The notes under the pieces are model-generated. The model was not told where the DNA came from. It searched no databases and was given only the letters and a program-made list of their open reading frames with translations. Source: a virus. From it: a stretch of DNA of 64,000 bases. The position numbers and the translations under genes were made by a program. The stretch is taken from positions 1 to 64,000 of the IMG/VR virus record IMGVR_UViG_3300035698_032311, one strand, 5' to 3'. The stretch's first letter is position 1, and every line of letters begins with the position of its first letter. Shown here one piece after another: positions 61,541 to 64,000 of the stretch.

Positions 61541-63913
61541 TTAAAATATTGTTGATTTTTTTCTCTCAGTCTCTGCTAATTTCTTAGCATCATGCCATGC
61601 TATATCAGCATTCTCTTCAGAAAGGTTCATCTTTTTAACATAAAAGTCTTTAACATCTTCTGGCATAACTTCCTCTTTTTTAAGAGGCAATTTTGTTTCA
61701 CCAGAAGTTTCAGATGTTCCCTTTTCTTCAAAGTTGATGATTTGAGGCTGATTTTCTAAAAATGTTTCCAAAGCTTTTCTGATATCGACCGCTTTATCTC
61801 CAAGCTCGACTACGTTTTTAGAAGTCAAGAGCGATATAATAGTATCCTTTTGAGCAGGAACTAATTTTCCCGCTTTAAGGAATTTATCATACACCCTTTC
61901 TGCATCAGCAAGCTCAACTTTCTCTTGCTGGGCAGATTCTTCAGACTCTTCTTCAGGCTTTTCTTTAGACTTTTCAGCTTCTTCTTTAGTTTCTTCTTCA
62001 GAAGTTTTTTCTTCAGCCGTTTCTTCAGAAACTTTTTCTTTAGAAACTTCTTCAGTTTCTTCTTCTTTAGAAGATTCTTTTTCAGAAACTTCATCCTCTT
62101 CAGATTTCTCCGAAGTATCCTCTGAAATATCTTTTTTAACTTCTTTCTTAATTTCTTCTTTAACTTCTTCTTTAGTTTCCCCTTCCTTTTCTTCTTTTTT
62201 ATCCGTTTCTTCGTCTCCTTTTTTAACTTTCTTAATACAAAACTTAACTGCATCGTTGAATGACATCCCTTCTTTTAATTTCTTACCTACACATGTTGTA
62301 TATGCAGATTTTTCAATATCAGTTGTAAGTTCTTTTGGTAATTCTAATTCCAAAGTTAGTTTTAATTTTTTCATATCTTTTATTTTATCGTTATCTGCTT
62401 GTATGTCCAACTTCTGAGCAATCTTTTCAACCAATTCTTTAAGAATAAGAAAATTTTGAGCAGGAGTAATTGCTTCATCTTCTAAAACAAAAACTGGTCG
62501 GTTTTTGAAGTCATCAGATAATGGAACAAACCCTTTCATGCCTTTAATGTATGGCTCATGTACTAAAGCAGTATGTAATAATACTGGTCCAGTAAATTTG
62601 CCCGTTTTCTTATCTTGATAATTTGGATCAATACTGGCAGAAATTGATTTAATTAGACCGTCTTTAATTTTTTTAGCAATACTTTTGTCTTTAATTTTGC
62701 ACACTGCGTCTAATCCATCTTTAGTTTCAATCAACTTTACTACTTCACCAGTATTCATTGCTGGATTTGTAGTATGAGTCAATGGAATTGTTACATTGTC
62801 AAGAACATGGTCTTTAAAATTCTTAATAATTTGAGCAATTTTTTCTGCAGTAATATTAAGAATACCACCTTCAGCACTCCAATGATACCATTTACCTTTC
62901 TTCAACACTTGTTTTCGAAAAGTACCCTCATCATCTAATGAAATCTTTCCATATGTGTTAAGTTGAAAAATTGGTCGAGTGTCACTCTCATCTGCAAAAT
63001 CAAACTCGTCACTAGCTTTCTTTGGAGAAAGATATCTATAAGGACTATAGTATTGACCGTAACCTGGTATATACCCGTAATAACCATGAGAGCCATATCC
63101 ACTCTTAGACAATGTGTTAATCACATCTTCAATAACCTCTTTATCGTCATCAGATGCTTTTTTAACTACTTTCTTTAATTTATCAATCAGCTCATTTTTT
63201 GCTTTCTTAATTTTTTCAGGACAAGGATACGATGCAGATATTTTATCTAAAAGATTTTTAATTGTTTTAGACATTCCATTAACGGTTTTTTTAGTTAGTG
63301 CGGTTTTCAGTGTTGATATAATATCTCCCGTTTTCATTATTTTTAAAACTTCTTCAATTTCTGTTTCAGGACTTCCAGAAGCAGGCCTAACTTCTTGAAG
63401 CTTGCTATCTTTCTTTTTTAATTTAGACATATCTTTTAACGATTTCGCAACATACCAGCTAATAGTTTTTGCTTCAGCATTAGCTGGAACAGATACAAGC
63501 GAAACCTCATATAATTCTAATTTATTAATTTTAAGGATTTTTTCTCCATCATGTCCGACAACTTCCTCAAAGTCGGACGCTCGACCTTTAATTGAAAATT
63601 TATTTATAATGCCTTCTTTAACTTTATTCCAAATTTCTTTTTCTTCTTTAGAAATAACAATTTCAACCAATAATCCTGTATGATCAATCGCTGTGTTTAC
63701 TACTTTTCCGATCGGTCTTTCAGTATCATGATTAAATAATACAGTAGAGTACTTTAATAAATCATCTTTAGCATCAGCAATAGCCTTTGGGGTAATAATA
63801 GTTTTATCCGAATCTAAATCATATGTTGTACAATAACCCACAACAACGTGTTCACCTTTTCTGATTAACTTAGATGTTTTTAAAACTTCGAGTTCAAAAA
63901 ATACATTTTTCAT
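61541..63913 (-). CDS. prohead protease (HK97/S78-type) fused to Mu gpI-like scaffold region
   Basis: N-terminus …LFNHDTERPIGKVV…GLLVEIV…GIINKFSIKGRA…EVSLVSVPANAEA… matches prohead protease motifs; then about 600 aa of K/E-rich coiled coil. Confidence 0.6.
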   Translation of the reverse strand: MKNVFFELEVLKTSKLIRKGEHVVVGYCTTYDLDSDKTIITPKAIADAKDDLLKYSTVLFNHDTERPIGKVVNTAIDHTGLLVEIVISKEEKEIWNKVKEGIINKFSIKGRASDFEEVVGHDGEKILKINKLELYEVSLVSVPANAEAKTISWYVAKSLKDMSKLKKKDSKLQEVRPASGSPETEIEEVLKIMKTGDIISTLKTALTKKTVNGMSKTIKNLLDKISASYPCPEKIKKAKNELIDKLKKVVKKASDDDKEVIEDVINTLSKSGYGSHGYYGYIPGYGQYYSPYRYLSPKKASDEFDFADESDTRPIFQLNTYGKISLDDEGTFRKQVLKKGKWYHWSAEGGILNITAEKIAQIIKNFKDHVLDNVTIPLTHTTNPAMNTGEVVKLIETKDGLDAVCKIKDKSIAKKIKDGLIKSISASIDPNYQDKKTGKFTGPVLLHTALVHEPYIKGMKGFVPLSDDFKNRPVFVLEDEAITPAQNFLILKELVEKIAQKLDIQADNDKIKDMKKLKLTLELELPKELTTDIEKSAYTTCVGKKLKEGMSFNDAVKFCIKKVKKGDEETDKKEEKEGETKEEVKEEIKKEVKKDISEDTSEKSEEDEVSEKESSKEEETEEVSKEKVSEETAEEKTSEEETKEEAEKSKEKPEEESEESAQQEKVELADAERVYDKFLKAGKLVPAQKDTIISLLTSKNVVELGDKAVDIRKALETFLENQPQIINFEEKGTSETSGETKLPLKKEEVMPEDVKDFYVKKMNLSEENADIAWHDAKKLAETERKKSTIF

Positions 63914-64000
63914 GTTTCTTATTAATAGTATATTTATAATATTTTTTTGTAAACTATTTCTTTTTTTTAGACATAGTAAGAGTTACAGTGTCATAATCTA

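Noticed and set aside
61861-62253. K-rich minus ORF and F/R-rich plus ORF inside the protease-scaffold gene
   Set aside because: They are alternative frames of the low-complexity K/E-rich scaffold region.
14130-63913. Stop-codon reassignment (TAG/TGA recoding) as in some large tRNA-rich phages
   Set aside because: Structural genes of 784-1154 codons are uninterrupted in the standard code. A possible CTA anticodon in the aberrant tRNA-like locus is too speculative to support recoding.

Overview
This window reads as part of a large, AT-rich (~30% GC) tailed-phage genome in the standard genetic code, because the long structural ORFs are uninterrupted. Coordinates 1-14100 are a plus-strand early region with small zinc-ribbon proteins, a stand-alone NrdD C-terminal glycyl-radical-like protein, and a dense array of about 23 tRNA genes. 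Further tRNA-region features are a 141-nt aberrant tRNA-like locus and a 291-bp element bounded by perfect 15-bp inverted repeats. The same region carries an operon combining a ThiS/MoaD-like Ubl, an SPFH protein, a type IV pilin-like protein, a TerD-domain protein, a JAB/JAMM peptidase and an E1-like (ThiF) enzyme. Convergent terminators sit at about 14.0-14.1 kb. Coordinates 14130-63913 are a minus-strand late region. In transcription order it encodes a prohead protease-scaffold fusion, a DUF2190-like protein, an HK97-fold major capsid protein (MCP), then a roughly 21-kb sugar-modification island. The island holds GT-A, GT-B, GT-D-like and CgeB-like glycosyltransferases, a DegT aminotransferase, an NAD epimerase, GNATs, methyltransferases, a deacetylase-methyltransferase fusion, a methyltransferase-cytidylyltransferase fusion, an APS kinase-sulfotransferase fusion, a second sulfotransferase and a HAD phosphatase. 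It is interrupted by three Vsr-fold homing-endonuclease-like genes. Downstream come three paralogous fibre proteins with lectin-like heads (LamG, BNR) and Ser/Thr-rich repeat tails (one with six perfect 54-bp repeats). Then follow head-tail proteins, a major tail protein, a tail chaperone with a canonical A-AAA-AAG -1 frameshift into the tape-measure start, the tape measure protein (TMP), and a distal tail protein (Dit). Next is a higher-GC duplicated module (zinc-ribbon proteins plus two metallophosphoesterases, each with a conserved MKNRTQ upstream ORF). A tail fibre with a C-terminal intramolecular chaperone and a lysis cassette (SLT transglycosylase, papain-like PG-binding peptidase, holin-like proteins) complete the region. 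The two candidates most worth follow-up are the phage-borne Ubl/E1/JAB conjugation module and the virion-module-embedded pathway for a sulfated, methylated, acetylated glycan that probably decorates the Ser/Thr-repeat fibres.
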